Shown: piece by piece, positions 25,531-40,262 of the stretch
How positions within the stretch are numbered: the first letter of the stretch is position 1
How the letters are laid out: every line of letters begins with the position of its first letter
Assembly (NCBI GenBank): GCA_012295275.1
Contig: CM022678.1
Coordinates: 13,268,001 to 13,332,000 of the forward strand
Source of the DNA: Chrysomallon squamiferum
Taxonomy: Eukaryota; Animalia; Mollusca
Length of the DNA stretch: 64,000 bases
Reading direction: 5' to 3'
Translations under genes and position numbers: made by a program
The notes under the pieces: model-generated
Told to the model about the DNA's origin: nothing
What the model saw: only the letters and a program-made list of their open reading frames with translations
Databases searched by the model: none

Positions 25531-28500
25531 TTTCAGTTTTTCTTACAATTATAATTTTATATATCTTTTTCTCTCACTTGTGCTTATCCACCAGTGTTGT
25601 AGAAGAAGAAAAAAAGTACAAATTGCATACCACAGTAGTTACAGGAGTTTTTAAACTTCATAAAAATTATTTTTTTGACTTCCTACAATTTCATTACACA
25701 TATTTATATTTATGTGGAGATCACATTTTGCACATTAATTTTATTTTAATCCAGTTGTTCACATATCGTCAAAGACAGGTAATCTCAGCCTGCACACGAT
25801 GTCACTAACAATCTGAAACACATCTGACAGGCAAGTAATCCATCAGCTGTGGAAATAATCACACACAGCTCCACCCAGCTAACTCTGACAGAGAATTCAG
25901 ATCTCACCCTGTAGCAGTTCACATAAGACATCCATCAAAAATCTGTCAGCCACATCGCAAAATTACCTATAGGTAATGTGGTGACATCACTTCCTGTTTT
26001 TAATCACCCTATAGTCTAGAGAAACAAGGTATATATGTATTTACACGAAATTTAAAAAATAATCCACTGAAAGTAGTAAAATTCAAAAACTGTATTTAAA
26101 AAAACATGAATTCTTTATTATTTATTAATTTTACTTAATAAAATTATTATATTACTTCATATAAAGCAATCTTTTCAGTATTTTAATTCATTTATCAATT
26201 TCTAAAGATGAAAATTTAATTAGTATTTCATATATATGTAAACTGCCAAAAATATTCACATAAACCTACATTGTTACAAGTATTGATAAAGTAACTAAAA
26301 TTTTATTTTCTGACCTTGTATATGTAATTAACTCTATTTATAAACTAACTATGTAATTATGTATTATTACTATCATAGTAATATTTTGAAATTAATTAAT
26401 ATACCTCAAGAGATTATATACAGATTTAATAAATGATTAATCACTGAACTTATTATTGGTTTTATAGTCTTTTCTTCAAAGCATATCTCTCAACAATCAT
26501 TTCTCTTTAATCTTCATCTTTTGTTATTTTAAAATTTTCTTTTTCCTTTTCCTTGTCCTTAATTTATACTTAATTACTTACTTGTATAGAAACCAAAATA
26601 ATAAAGTAATTCTTTTAATTAAATTATTATTACTTCTTTTTTTAAACTATAATATGAATATCTTGTTTTTAAAAAAGAGAAATACAGTTACAATTTTATT
26701 TAAATTACTAAGTTAATGATGTAAATCATGTAAAAAAAAAAAATAAGGGTAAATTAGTTATTAATAATAAAAAATATAACAAGAGTGACGTAACACTTTT
26801 AAATTCATCATTATTAAATCAAAAACTAAAAAGTTTTAATAATCCTGTAACTCAAACATTTTATTATTGAGTTATCAAAGAATAAATATCTTGTTACATG
26901 TTATTCTGAAATTCAGAATGTAAATCTAAAACTCAAACCATATCCTTTAACAATTAACCAAGTCCTTTAAATTATTCTACAACTCACAACCTATCAAAAT
27001 CCTTAATATTACTAAAAACTGATATGCAATTAATTATGCTACCTATTATATGAAATTAAAATAATCCTGCAATTAAAAAGTTAGACTTTAACACAAAATT
27101 AATTCCTTAATAATCCTGCAACTCATAGCGTACTTTTAATAATCATGTAAACACTAAAGTTCCTTATATAAAAAATGCATTAAAGTATTTCCACTATAAT
27201 ATTAACTATAAGTACAATCCCTGAGGCAAAATACCATCCATCCATCAGTCACATACTAACAGCCAAACACTGGTCCAGATGAAATAATTAGTCCCCTCCA
27301 GCTGTGTGACAGACAGACACAGAGATCAATCCAATGAACACGTGAAAACTGAATGAAACAAAAACAGTTAACTGTATTAGTTAACTTATCAACTATTCCA
27401 TAACATGGACAAACAATCAGAAGATTCCCCAAAAAGAAGAAACTGAAGTTTAAGAAATATTTCTACACCATCATTTCTGCTATCCTTTTCTAACTGTTAA
27501 ACCTAATGAACCCAACAAGCTTCTGAACAAGAGCGAGGAATGTTTTTGTGCACTCTTTGCATAACATGCATCAGAAGAATGCAGTACAGACACATACCAA
27601 CACAGAAGAAAGAAAAACAAAAACAATGATTATTCCAGACTCACGTCTCAATCACAAGGATAGAAAATTTACCAGTCTTGGAATTCAACCATCAAAGAGG
27701 ATAAAAAAATGAGTTTGTTTTATCTACATGTGAGCTAAGTGTTTGTACAAAACCTAACATGTAGACTAGTGTGATAAGAAAAACAGGTTTTTAGAGAGAC
27801 CTGACTCATGGATCATCTGATATTAAAAATAGAAACAAATGTTCTCACACACAACATACATCAGTATGAAAATACCTGTTTGAATATCCAATGTTATTTA
27901 TATACAGCATAAAATATACCTAAAATTGTGTGGTCTGTGACAGCATACAAATAAATAACTATTAACATTCATTATTATCTTTATTTCCTTTCTTGTCTTC
28001 AAAGAAGGCTCTCTATCTATATCTATATATATATATATATGTATATATATAACTATTAATGTTTACATACGTATCAAACAAAATAGACTGTATGTATACT
28101 GCTAGGCCTGTATTAAATACATTGATCAAACCAAAAAAAGAATTTGTGAATGTATACATATGTATAAATAATGCTATTGTTTAATTTCCTCAAAAAGTAT
28201 TTTATAAGTTTTTAATTTGTAAAAAAAAAAAAAGCTTTATTATATTACTGATTATATATATGTTTATTTATCAAAATGCCAATATGAGTAGTAATAATTG
28301 CATGCTTTTACTAAATTTATTCAGCTTATCTAATAATTTTTAAAATACTATTTTTTTTCTTGATATATATATAACAACGTCTCTGGCGATAAAATATAAT
28401 TTTTATGATTATTCATCTATCTGTAAAACATCAACATTGCTGTTTCCAAAGTTTGTATATATATATATATATATATTTAATGACTTCAGGCTACACAGTA

Positions 28501-30501
28501 TATAATTTATTAAGCTTTTTAGGTTACATTCTCATTAAGTACAGATATAATTAATAATTAATTAAATAAAAAAATTAAATAATTTTTGTTTTTTAAACAG
28601 TATTTATAATACCAGGTCAGGTTATAATTAAATTTAGTGATAGATTTCCTTAGCAGTGTTCAAAAAAAAAATATATATAATCTGAAAACATTTAAATATA
28701 ATATAAATATTAAAAATACTTTATAAAAGTCACTTTACAAAAATAATCAGTTACCTACATTTTAGAATTTTGGGTGATGTAATATGTAAACTGCTAAATA
28801 ATTGCTGTCTAAAGATTTGATTAACTACATTAAATTTCAAAAGTCAATTACATTTAAAGCATGATTTTTTAAAGAATTTTTTTAAAATCTATTTAGTATT
28901 TAATATATTTTAAAATATAAATTTATATGTAAATCTATGTCCTAAATAGTTAAAACTAAACTGAACAGTTTTTGTAGTGAAAACAAATGTTATCTAACTG
29001 CCAGATGACATATCACAGTGTTTAAACAAACTATCTGACGTCTTCAAGTTATTTTCAGATTAACCTCTGCTTAATCAAATAATCAATGGAGATCAACACA
29101 ATCTTCATAGTTCTTCTACGCCAAGATAAAAATAACATATAAATGTAAATTCCACATATATTTCTCAAAATGTAATAAAAATATGAACAACTCCTTATGA
29201 CTCCTAATAAAACTGACAACTCTAAAAACTCATGACAGAAGAGACAATATTTCAGATTATCGTAATAAAAAAAATTATAATAAAGCTACAAAAACATAAT
29301 AACAATAATAATAATAAAATTGACTCTTTAAACTTTTAATCAAATATGAAAAATTCATTATTTTTTTTAACATCAACATAAATATTTGTACAAAATAATC
29401 TAATTATCAACTCACCATCAGTTATCCACAATAAAATTAACAAATAAAAATAATAAAAATAATTTTTTAATAAAATTATTAACTCCTGCCTCATTCAGAA
29501 CTCATAATGAACTTTTGATGACCTCCCTGTAACAACTCTGCACTGAAAACTTTTTAGCCCCCTCACACCAGCAGAAGAATCCATCAACACATTTCAGATA
29601 TCACTGAACATACCAACTACGCTGTTGCCCTGACGATGCTAAACCATTTGTGAGCAACTGCTGTACTGTAGTGCAAACACTGACACAGTTTCTCTGCTGT
29701 GTTAAAAATCCTGTCTGGCATCTTGGTAAACATTAAATCAGCCAATGTCACACAAACTCTTTCCAACATTAGGCAAAAAATTAAACATGAAAAATGTAGA
29801 GGGAAAGCTGTAATATTTTTAAAACAAGACATTGTAAAACAAACAGGTTATACAAAACTGCTGCTATGTCGATAATCCATTTGAATCTATGGCTTTCTCT
29901 CTCTCATAAACAGAAAACAAAACAAACCAGTCACAGAGGAATCTTCAGTGAGCAGAATGTTTTCTCCTGGAGAGAAAAAGAAAAAACCCACAACAGTTCC
30001 TCCTGTTTGCCAGTGACACTGGCTGAGAACAGTCAACATGGACACACACCCAGTTCAAACAAGCACTGCTGTTCAAATGTGACAGGCAACAGAAGTCAAG
30101 GGGGTGGGGGAATTAATCACTTCTGTATTGATTTATAAGCTGGATACATAACAGTATGAGTTAAACAGATTGGCTATAGGTGAGCTATTGTGTGTATGTG
30201 TGCCTACATATGAACATGCATGACCACAGACAAACATTCATACATTATTATTACACATCTTAAGTTTATGAGACTGACTTCATATACATACAGACAGATG
30301 TATATACTCGAACCACTTTTCTTTCTCATTTACATGAAATTACAAGCATGCCTGGTATTTTACTCAAACACACACAGAAGTATTATGTAGCATTGTAATA
30401 AAAATCTACATTTTCTAGCAACTAATTTTACCTCAAAAACATCATAAAATTTGACTAACACAATCTGTTCATTAAAAAAAGTCATAATACGTGTGTTGGG
30501 G

Positions 30502-30557
<56 letters not shown>
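30502..30557. repeat. (GT)n microsatellite
   Basis: Directly visible. Confidence 0.95.
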
Positions 30558-30558
<1 letters not shown>

Positions 30559-32587
30559 TGTCTGTTCATGCATATGTATAATAAAGAATGAAAGCATGAG
30601 CTTATTTGTTAGTACTAAACCCTTTTTGAAGGTGTGTATAGATTCAACAGACCATGAACATTCGCCAAGTTTAATACCTGAAAAGAAAAAACCCTACGTA
30701 AGATGTTTTCTGTGTCCTAGCATTGATTTTTAATTCCTAGCTAACAGTGTAACACATTCAGTAGCTGCCTCATTGATTTTCTTATTTGTATCTGCTGCTG
30801 TAATACTCTTATTTGTTTGTTTCTCAGTTTTTTATTTGCTATTATACTTTTAATTAGAGTAATTGATGATTTTGCTCATTTTCATTATATTTATTATTTA
30901 TATTTTTATTACATTCATTATTTACCTATTATTACATTTATTGTTATTTTATATTTGTATTATTACAACTATTATTATTATTATTATTTTTATTATTTCA
31001 ATTATTATTATTATTACTAGTATATTACTATTTTTATTATTATATTATTATTACTATTTTTATTATTATTAGTAGTAGTAGTTATTATTAGTATTATTAG
31101 TAGTAGTATTACTGATAATGTAGATGTAACATTTTTCTTCTGTCAGGAAATATTTTGAATGACAGAAATATATCATTACTAAAAATAGACTTGGGTGTGC
31201 ATATTAATTAACAAAAATAAGGTCAGTTAAGTGAGATTAATTAGATTAATGAACACACCTGTATACATTTTTCATTATACACAAGGTATTCAGTGTATTT
31301 GTATAATTTAATACAGTTTATAATTTCTTATCTGGAACACTTGAGACAAGAAATGTTATGGATTTCTGAATATTTCAGTTTATGATCAAAGTCTAAACAT
31401 TAATTTCAGCAGTATTTCATAATAGCTTGTGCAGCTATTTCATTTATTACTAATAAACATGTACATAAAATGAGGTTTGTGAATGCTATACCTATTAGAA
31501 AACTGTAATATATCACTATCTTGGCAGCTCAAAGAAGTTTAGCATTCGGAAGCTTTTCTTATTTTTTTAATTTCAGATAAAGGAACCTCAATCAGTAGTA
31601 AGAAGAAGAAAAAGAAAAAATACTTATCATAACATCATTATTAATAAGAATAATGCATACAAAGTTACAAGAAATAAATAAAATAATATATTAATTCCTA
31701 AGAGAATGAAATAAACTGTTTTCCTAAAATTTTTCTTTTTTCTTCTTTTTTTAATTTTCAGTCTGAATTAGAAATCAACATTTAAAAAAGAAAATATTTA
31801 TAATGTTTCATTAAAGAATTTTATCATTTGTTTCCCAAATTCCCATTACAAAATATATAATGTAGAATGTTTAGATTTATGTGAGAACATTTGAACAACC
31901 ATGTTTAAATATGGACATTTATACATATTACAAGGTAGTCTTGATAAAGCAGCAGTAATATTTGGCCTTTCTTGGTATATTTAGAATTTACCTGTAAATA
32001 ATGCATTATGTTGAATATTAAATATAGTTATTGTCTAAACATAGCTTTTTCACATTTTAAGTGCTGCATTTGACTGAACAAAGGTACATTGTCTGAAATA
32101 TAATTAAGGGAGTCATCAGTTCTGGTCTGTCTGTTTATTTACTGAAAGTCACATTTTTCAAAATGTTTTAACATTACCAGCACGTCAGAACACCTGCTGA
32201 AATTAATTCATTATTACAAGTGACAGCAGACTGATTCGCTGTCTGCATTTTCTGTCACTACAGTCTGTTCAAAATATACCAGCTACGTAATCTTTCAATA
32301 GTATTAATGCAGGAAAATAAATGAATGATGAATACAAAGTCAGTAATTACTAAATATGAAACAAAACAGATAAGTTTTTTATACTCTGTGAACACAGACA
32401 TGTGAAAACAAACACACACAAATAGTGTAATTAAAGATGTAATAAAATTAAAACACTGTGTTTTTTTAGACAAGTATTTTACAAAATGGATTTCTGAAAA
32501 AGAAAGTTTGCTGTGAGCAGTGTTTCAACTCTCAGAAGAAATACAGTTTATCAATATATTAAAACATTGTTGCTGTTAACAACAACA

Positions 32588-32590
<3 letters not shown>

Positions 32591-32644
<54 letters not shown>
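32591..32644. repeat. (GT)n microsatellite
   Basis: Directly visible. Confidence 0.95.
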
Positions 32645-32646
<2 letters not shown>

Positions 32647-32833
32647 GTGCTCAAGATGTTTTTGGATTAAACAAACATTTTTAAACAAAAATAATTTGTA
32701 TTAATAAACTTTACAAACTAACTACTCATAGTACCAGCCAACTATTTACAGTTACAGAAAGGTAATCCTGACTGAGTTATTTCCCTTCACCTTCCAGCTG
32801 ATTTGTATTCACCGAAAAGTTTTGTATGTGAGT

Positions 32834-32876
<43 letters not shown>

Positions 32877-35525
32877 GATTATTGTGACAGTGATAAGTAG
32901 GTTGGTGTGTGTGTGTGTGTTACCAGAAAAATCCAACAGTAACATACATAGATTACATATGAAAAAATAAAATACACAAATAAAAAATGTCACCTTGATG
33001 TTTTATATAACATGAAAGTGGAAGCTTGTGATACATGGAATATTTTTATCAATTAGAAGAAATTATCTTAAAAGTTTTACCCACAGAAAATCTTTGATAA
33101 TTCAGTGATGAATCAATGGAGAGAACACTAAGTGCAGTAAGGAGGATTGATTTGTCACACCAATTGGCTATAGGTGAACTCTTCCTGTAATCTAGATTGT
33201 TCCTGCCAGACAACACTTTACGTCAACCTAGTATAATACATAGATACGTCCTTCAAATCACTGTAACCCCACTTAAGTGCCAAATGTCATGTCTCTCCAG
33301 TTACTCTTCCTAATTGTTACTTGTATGTTATCAGATGTACACAGGTTAAGCACAAAACTTCCTGGTCATCTGAGAACCCTTTGATTACATTCAGCTAGAC
33401 ACAGAAAACACTGAATTCATTCTGTATAGATTCTGTTGGTGCTGTAATGCAATGACAATCATTATTCATGACTGGCATAGAACTTGAAATAAAATTTAAA
33501 CAACAATGTCGATTACCATATTAATAATCATAATTTGTATATAATGGTTACAATTTCTCTATATACTTTCTTGATATTTGTATGATAATGTTTAAGGATA
33601 AATCATGAAAATGATGATGATAATAATAAAATATCAAAATTAATAAATATAAAAATCACAACTATTTAATTTTATCCTCATTATCTAAACAATTTTCTCT
33701 ATTTTATCACAGTAAACAATTCTGCACAATAAGATAAAAAGAAGAATGTTATCTCTTACTAATATTTACTCTCATAAGGACTTTGGATTATCACATATTA
33801 TAACTGGAATTAAGTATAGAAACAAAATCGTGATAAATAAATAATATATAATTCAATGTCTGGATTATTTCAGTTATTTCTTTTTTCATAAACATTTGAT
33901 AAATTTGTTCAATTTATTTTTCTGTAAAACTGAAAAAGGATCAAAAATAATTTTCATTATACATCTGAATTCACATTCAACATGAAAAAATATCTTTTAT
34001 TTAAAAACTTAAAATTAGATGTTGATACCTAAGAGATCTGTTGGAGCTAGATCATGAAGTAATGTATGTGTATTTTTACAAAATATGTAAAGCATGTGAA
34101 CAAAATACAAGATAAACAAACAGAAAATATATATTTACATGAAAATCCTTGATAATTATATAGCCTAAGCTCTGTTACAAATTCTTTTCAAATTTTGTAA
34201 CAATCTCATGGCAGCAGCTTACTGTATAACATTACATGATAATTTTTTTTGTCTCTCTGACCATACTCAGTAATGCACTATAAATTTATATTAACAATGG
34301 TTGCATTTTCTGAGCATAGTGTTACTACAAAAAAGATGGCTGGTATTTTCTTAATGCTTTTAATGTTAGGTGCATCATTTTGTTACAGCTGTCACATATA
34401 TTATTATTATTTGCATTTTGTGAATGCTTGGAACAATCGTAATAAAAATATTTCTTCAAATACATTTTCAATGACAACCAAGAAATTCCTAACTTACTGT
34501 TATTTATCTGTATCAGTTTTTGTAGCTGAATAATAAAAATAATAAAAACAAAACTACAATAAAGAGGTTTAGAATTTAATGACAATAGTTTGAAATACCC
34601 ATTGATAAGTAGATACATAAAAGAATCTATATGTCTGAGTGTATTACATATTACTGTTACACATCAGTCAATCAAAAATTTCATACAAGCAATGTTAAAT
34701 TTGATGGATGATAATTAATATAATTATAACAATCTTAATGAATATGGAAAATGCAAGTGTCATTTTAGAAAAGCCTTTAAATTAATTTATTACTACATGT
34801 TCAGTAATACAATACAAAAAAAATTGAAAAATATTTGTACCTAAATTTTCTCCTAAATATTGTACCTAAATATTATTGTTTTGAAAATATCTTTCTGAAT
34901 TATTAACACAAATATTAATAATACATTTTTTTTGTATTTTTGATCTGATTCCTTCAAAGGAAGTTATTTCAAATATATTTATATTCATCTGTATTTAAAG
35001 CAATACCGTATACAATGAAATCGTAAATAAATATTTGTCAGAGAAATGTATTTAAGTCAGTTTCTTAAAAAAATAAGTTATAACTTTTACTATTACTCAT
35101 TTATTCTCATTTGTACATATTTAAAAAGTTCATGTCGATTCTGTTGTTATCAAAGGTTACTTAATATTTTATAACAAGCAAAATATATACAATGCTTAAT
35201 GTTAACATAACACAATAACCATTAGTTAAATCACTAGTATTTCCTAAAGTTATGTTGTGGTCATCCAGTAAAGAACAGGAGACTGAGGACATTTAAATAT
35301 TTCTAACCAGAAATTTTATAAAATTAAAGCTTCTATTCACTCACCATATCATGCAATCAGCTTTTTAGTTGGAGATGTATTAACTTCCTGAATAAAACCC
35401 ACTTCTAAATCAAATTTTTAGAACATTAACTGTATTTGTTGATTTATGTATGAAATGTACAGTCTATTTTTTATTTATTTTTTCTGCTTTTAATAAATTA
35501 AATCGAAATATTTATTATTCATTAC

Positions 35526-36065
35526 CTGATTCAATATCAACTGTCGGCTATTGGATAAAACAACCGAGTGACAATGACAGTGACAGCCTGTGATCCGAAG
35601 ATACCCAAAATTGGCCAAATACTGAAAGCGAAAAAATTTGGGGTTTACGTTTAAGACAGAAGTCACCTATTAGTTTATATAAAATCTTCCAAAATAAACA
35701 CCAGTGGATGTTATTTTCTACTCTGTAGGCGAATGACTAATCAGAAGAAAACTTTATGACTCACGATTTACATAAAATTCATGGGGGCGGCCATTTTTGG
35801 GGAACTTTCAAATACTTTTCAAAGCGCGTGGAATTTAATTAAACTTTGAACATAAACTACAATGATCTTACCAATATTAACAGTGGCGACGAAACTTACA
35901 ATTTACCAAGCCCCAGAACTATATTAAATAAAATGGATTAACAATAAATAGCCGGCATTTACCTGACAAAAATCAGCAATTCACTTCCGTAAAGAGGGCG
36001 TGGTTAACCGGATTCAGAACATGAAAGGCTTTACGCATGTGCGGAAGAATATCTCGCAGAAAGGC
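35526..36065 (-). promoter_or_regulatory. Probable main promoter and non-coding first exon of CAP
   Basis: Local CpG enrichment in a CpG-poor background; GC box GGGGCGG 35784-35790, YY1-like AAAATGGC on minus 35790-35797, ETS CACTTCCG 35982-35989 and CGGAAG 36042-36047, NRF1-like CGCATGTGC 36034-36042, TCTCGCAGA 36052-36060; minus-strand donor CAG|GTAAT at 35526/35525. Confidence 0.6.
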
Positions 36066-37574
36066 CTGCTTTAGGTAACAATTTATATTATATTACTCCT
36101 CCATATCTGATAATAGCAATAACTGGAAAGAGGAATATAACAATATATAAAAACACTTAGCTAAATTATTACTGCTATAGCAATGATTTTATTAGCTGAT
36201 TTTATTTATTTATTATTATTATTATTATTTGTTTTTAATTAATTTTACCTTTTTTTATAAATATAGTTCTTACCTTCATAATAAAGTTTACTTCCAATAT
36301 AAAAGTATTCATTGTTGGAGTTTTTTCATATGTAAATGTATACAACCTCTAAATTCAAAATTAATAACTACTTATTTATTTATTTTGATTTGTACACTTG
36401 TGAAAACAAAACATAACTGCATTATTTCCCAGAGTGTATCAAAAAACTTCATGCTGCTCTCTGATCTTAAAACAAAAAATAACAGAACTAAAATTACAGT
36501 AAATAGACTAAATAGATTAAGAATACTTCCAATTTGCATTTTATTGTATTTTTGACCATCCATTCTAAGTTCAAAAACAAAGAAACCCAGAAAAACAATA
36601 TAAATATAAATAAAATAAAACATATTTAAAACTACAGGCTTTGCTGATTAGTTTATTTAAGTATTGTCAGAAAAAATAGAAGTCTGCTAAAAAACAAAAC
36701 AACTCCAGTCATGAAGTGGTTAAACAGCATATTTTCTTCCTTCTTATTTTTATTTATTATTTATTAATTTTTATTTTATTTATTTATTTGTTTGTTTTGT
36801 TTGGATGTTTGCGTATTATTTATTTATGATTTGTTATTTATTTATTATTATTATTGTTTTTTGTTTTTTTGTTTTTTTGCTTGTTTTTTCTGTAACAAAA
36901 TAATTTACTATTGTACTTTATTACTAAGTATGGTAAGTAACCAAAAACAATAATTAACAAGTAGGATTTTAAACACTTTTTAGATGATTTATTTGTATCA
37001 TCCTAAGTAAACTTAGAACAAACAACATATATTTTTAATAAGAAAAATTCAATACCAATAGGTTTCTACATTTATTTGAAAACAACAAGTTTAAATGACC
37101 TGCTTTACTACTACAATGCAGCTTATTCATAGGTAAAGGCACTTGTTAACATAAGTACAGCAGAATGTAGCGGTTAATAAAACTTACAGGTAAAAACATA
37201 ACAAAGTTACAGGTAAAACATGGAATCAGTTAATTGTTTCTGGTAATAATATAACAGCTGATAATACATGCAGCAAGTAACAGAAAAACACCTAATGGCT
37301 GTCTTTTAATTTATCAATTTTACTTCTACCAAACAATTAAAACAGCTAAATGTCCTACATATATAATAATATAAGTAAAAAAAGAAATCTGCCAAATGTT
37401 ACAGGAAAGAGAGTTATAGATAAAAAACCATCTGCCAATCAGAATACAAAATGTATTTAAAAAAACCACCAAATATAATCATCATCAGCATTTAATATTA
37501 AGTAATAATTATACAAAAATAAAGTAAATAATAGTAAACAAACTAATATATTAAATAACCAAAAATAAACAAAA

Positions 37575-37622
<48 letters not shown>

Positions 37623-39122
37623 ATGTATGTAAAACGAACTATCACAATTTATATATTATAATTTAACTAATATAATTCTAACATTTTTAATTGTTGGTAA
37701 GTATTAATTTATCAGACTATAACAATATTTATCTTGATATCACAGATAAATTCTGATTTGCTGCAGACCTTTAACCTTGGATGTGAGCATTTTCTGGAAT
37801 TGTATATTTAAATATAAAAAAATAAATATATTTCTTTACATCACAGTCTTATGAACAGCAGTTATAATTATTTTATTATTATTATTATTATAATTTTTTT
37901 TTCTTTTAATATATATATATATGACAATATGAAGGTCTCTAATAAGTGAAATAACTAAAATATTATGCCTATAACAAATCCCTTTACATATATCTTTCAA
38001 AATTTTAAATATATTCATAACAACATTATGTAAAATATTATAATCTAATTTCAAATGTGAAAAATGGACGGAGAATATTTAATAAATATTTGAACCAGGT
38101 AAAAATGAATAAAAATCACAGACAATAACCAGAGTGTAATAATAACTAGTGTTTTGGATGGTAATATTAACTATAGGTAATAACACAGGTTAACAAATCA
38201 TTTTTTATTATTAATATTATCATTAGTATTTTTTTTTTTTTTTTTACTTTTTAAAAACAAAAAGTCTTCTTTATTCTGATATGAAATAATTTTTCTCTTA
38301 ATTCTATACATTAATATTGTAATGGAGATTAAAAAGTTTTATAAGTTAAAAATAAAATTATCTAAAGAATTTTATTTCGATGTTTTAAAAAAATTATATT
38401 TCTGTTTTAATGAAAAAAAATCATTGTTCTAATTAGGATCAATGTAACAGATTCTGAATGATAAAAATATTATAAATAATGTATGGGATGAACAGCTATC
38501 ATAAATTTTAATTTTAACATGATTATTTGACGATATACCAATCAATATGAAGTTTTCAGAATGTAGATTTTTACTTAATTCTAAAATGTTTTTTATTACT
38601 TGTGGTGAATAAATTACAGTAAATATTACAATAAATAAAGAAATATTCTCACTTTGGACCATTAATAAATATGTAAATAAATTAACAAAACTTATTAAAA
38701 AAATATTTTAAAATGTATATTTTTACTTCAAAATTAATTACACCAAAAATTAAAATTTCTTCTTCTTAAAATTATCTGTCCAAGAGTGCATATTTATTTT
38801 TTATGGACCAAAAATCATTTTCCAATACAATGCACCAGATTTAAATAATAAATAAATAAACATATTTTTATCATATAAATTTATAAAATATTAAAGAAAA
38901 CATAATAATAATATTAAACATACATTCATGAAGTATTTAGTACTTTCTACTAATTAATAAGCTGTATTTCTTTAAATTTTATTAAATGTTTCTATCTAAT
39001 TAAATAATTAAGAAAAAAGTGCATTCTACCAACTAATCTTAGCTAACTATAATTTTTTTCTTGTTACGCAATAATTAATTTATTTACTAAGTCATATGAA
39101 ACATTTTATTATAATTCCTAAT

Positions 39123-39255
39123 CAAAACATGCAATATTTTATTACATTTACTAAAAAAACATGCAATATTTTATTACATTAACTAATAAAAACAGAATAT
39201 TTTATTACATTTACAAAAAAACATTCAATATTTTATTACATTTACTAATAAAAAA
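39123..39255. repeat. Four ~33-bp tandem units
   Basis: aaaacatgcaatattttattacatttact repeated. Confidence 0.8.
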
Positions 39256-39652
39256 ATTAATCACTTATAAACAATTATTTTTGGGCTGTAATCAGATAAT
39301 TGGGAAGATAGTTATAAAATTTTATAAGTAAACATGAAATAACACATATACTTGTAGTACTAAATTTTAAAAGTAATATTTTATATTTTAAATTTTTAAA
39401 TTTAATTAAAACATCAATTATATTTTAAAGGTAAATCAGTTCTATGTAATATATTTTTGTGTTTAAATTTTAGATGTCATGACAATTTTAATTTTATCCA
39501 CACTGAATTACTAGTTTCTTCATTTTAAAAGTTACTGACTAAAATATGTAAATGATTGTATATCAGTATTTCAAAGCTATAAAAATCAGTTTACATTTTT
39601 AAAATATAACACATATCTAAAGATCAAACTAAGTAGGTAAATTATTTTTCAT

Positions 39653-40262
39653 CTACATTTTATAAGTTACTGACTGATTTAGACTTAGATATTTTTTAAT
39701 GTCATCCAAAATGAATTCTGGGATTGAGTTACCAGGGGTCAAGGTCAACTCTAGAAGTGATGTGTTTTTCTTGAGGAGCTCTATCAGAATAGTTCCACCC
39801 TTTTGTCCAATTCCTGTGTTCACCAGATCCAGCACTTTGACACTCGTGTTGCTCTTCAGCCCTTCAACCAGTGCCTCTATCCCATCATCTCCTACGTTGT
39901 TGTGATCCATCGTCAAGGTGACCAGTTTGTGATTTTTTGCAAGAGCCTTTCCGATTTTTGTCCATCGAGTGATGTACCTGTTACATTGGAGACCAAGTGT
40001 TTGCAGATCTGTATCATGTTCCAGAAGTAAAGCAATGTCTGTTGTCCCTTCATCCGTTATATCTGTGTTTCCAAGATCAAGTTGTTTTAGATGACAGAAT
40101 ATTTCAGCTGACTGTTTTAAAACTGGATCGTCAAAGGTGTCTTCTGCTTCCAGTCTCTTAGCTGTCTCAGCTTTCTTCCACTGCTGCTCATCAAACTGTA
40201 TGTCCAGAAGTCCATCCACTAGACTTCGCGTTCCTTCATCTCCAATTGGATTTCCTTGAAGT
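39653..40262 (-). CDS. LRR gene terminal coding exon (RNI-like repeats)
   Basis: tttcag acceptor; LQGNPIGDEGTRSLVDGLL...LSLNQSVTYKM-stop. Confidence 0.92.
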
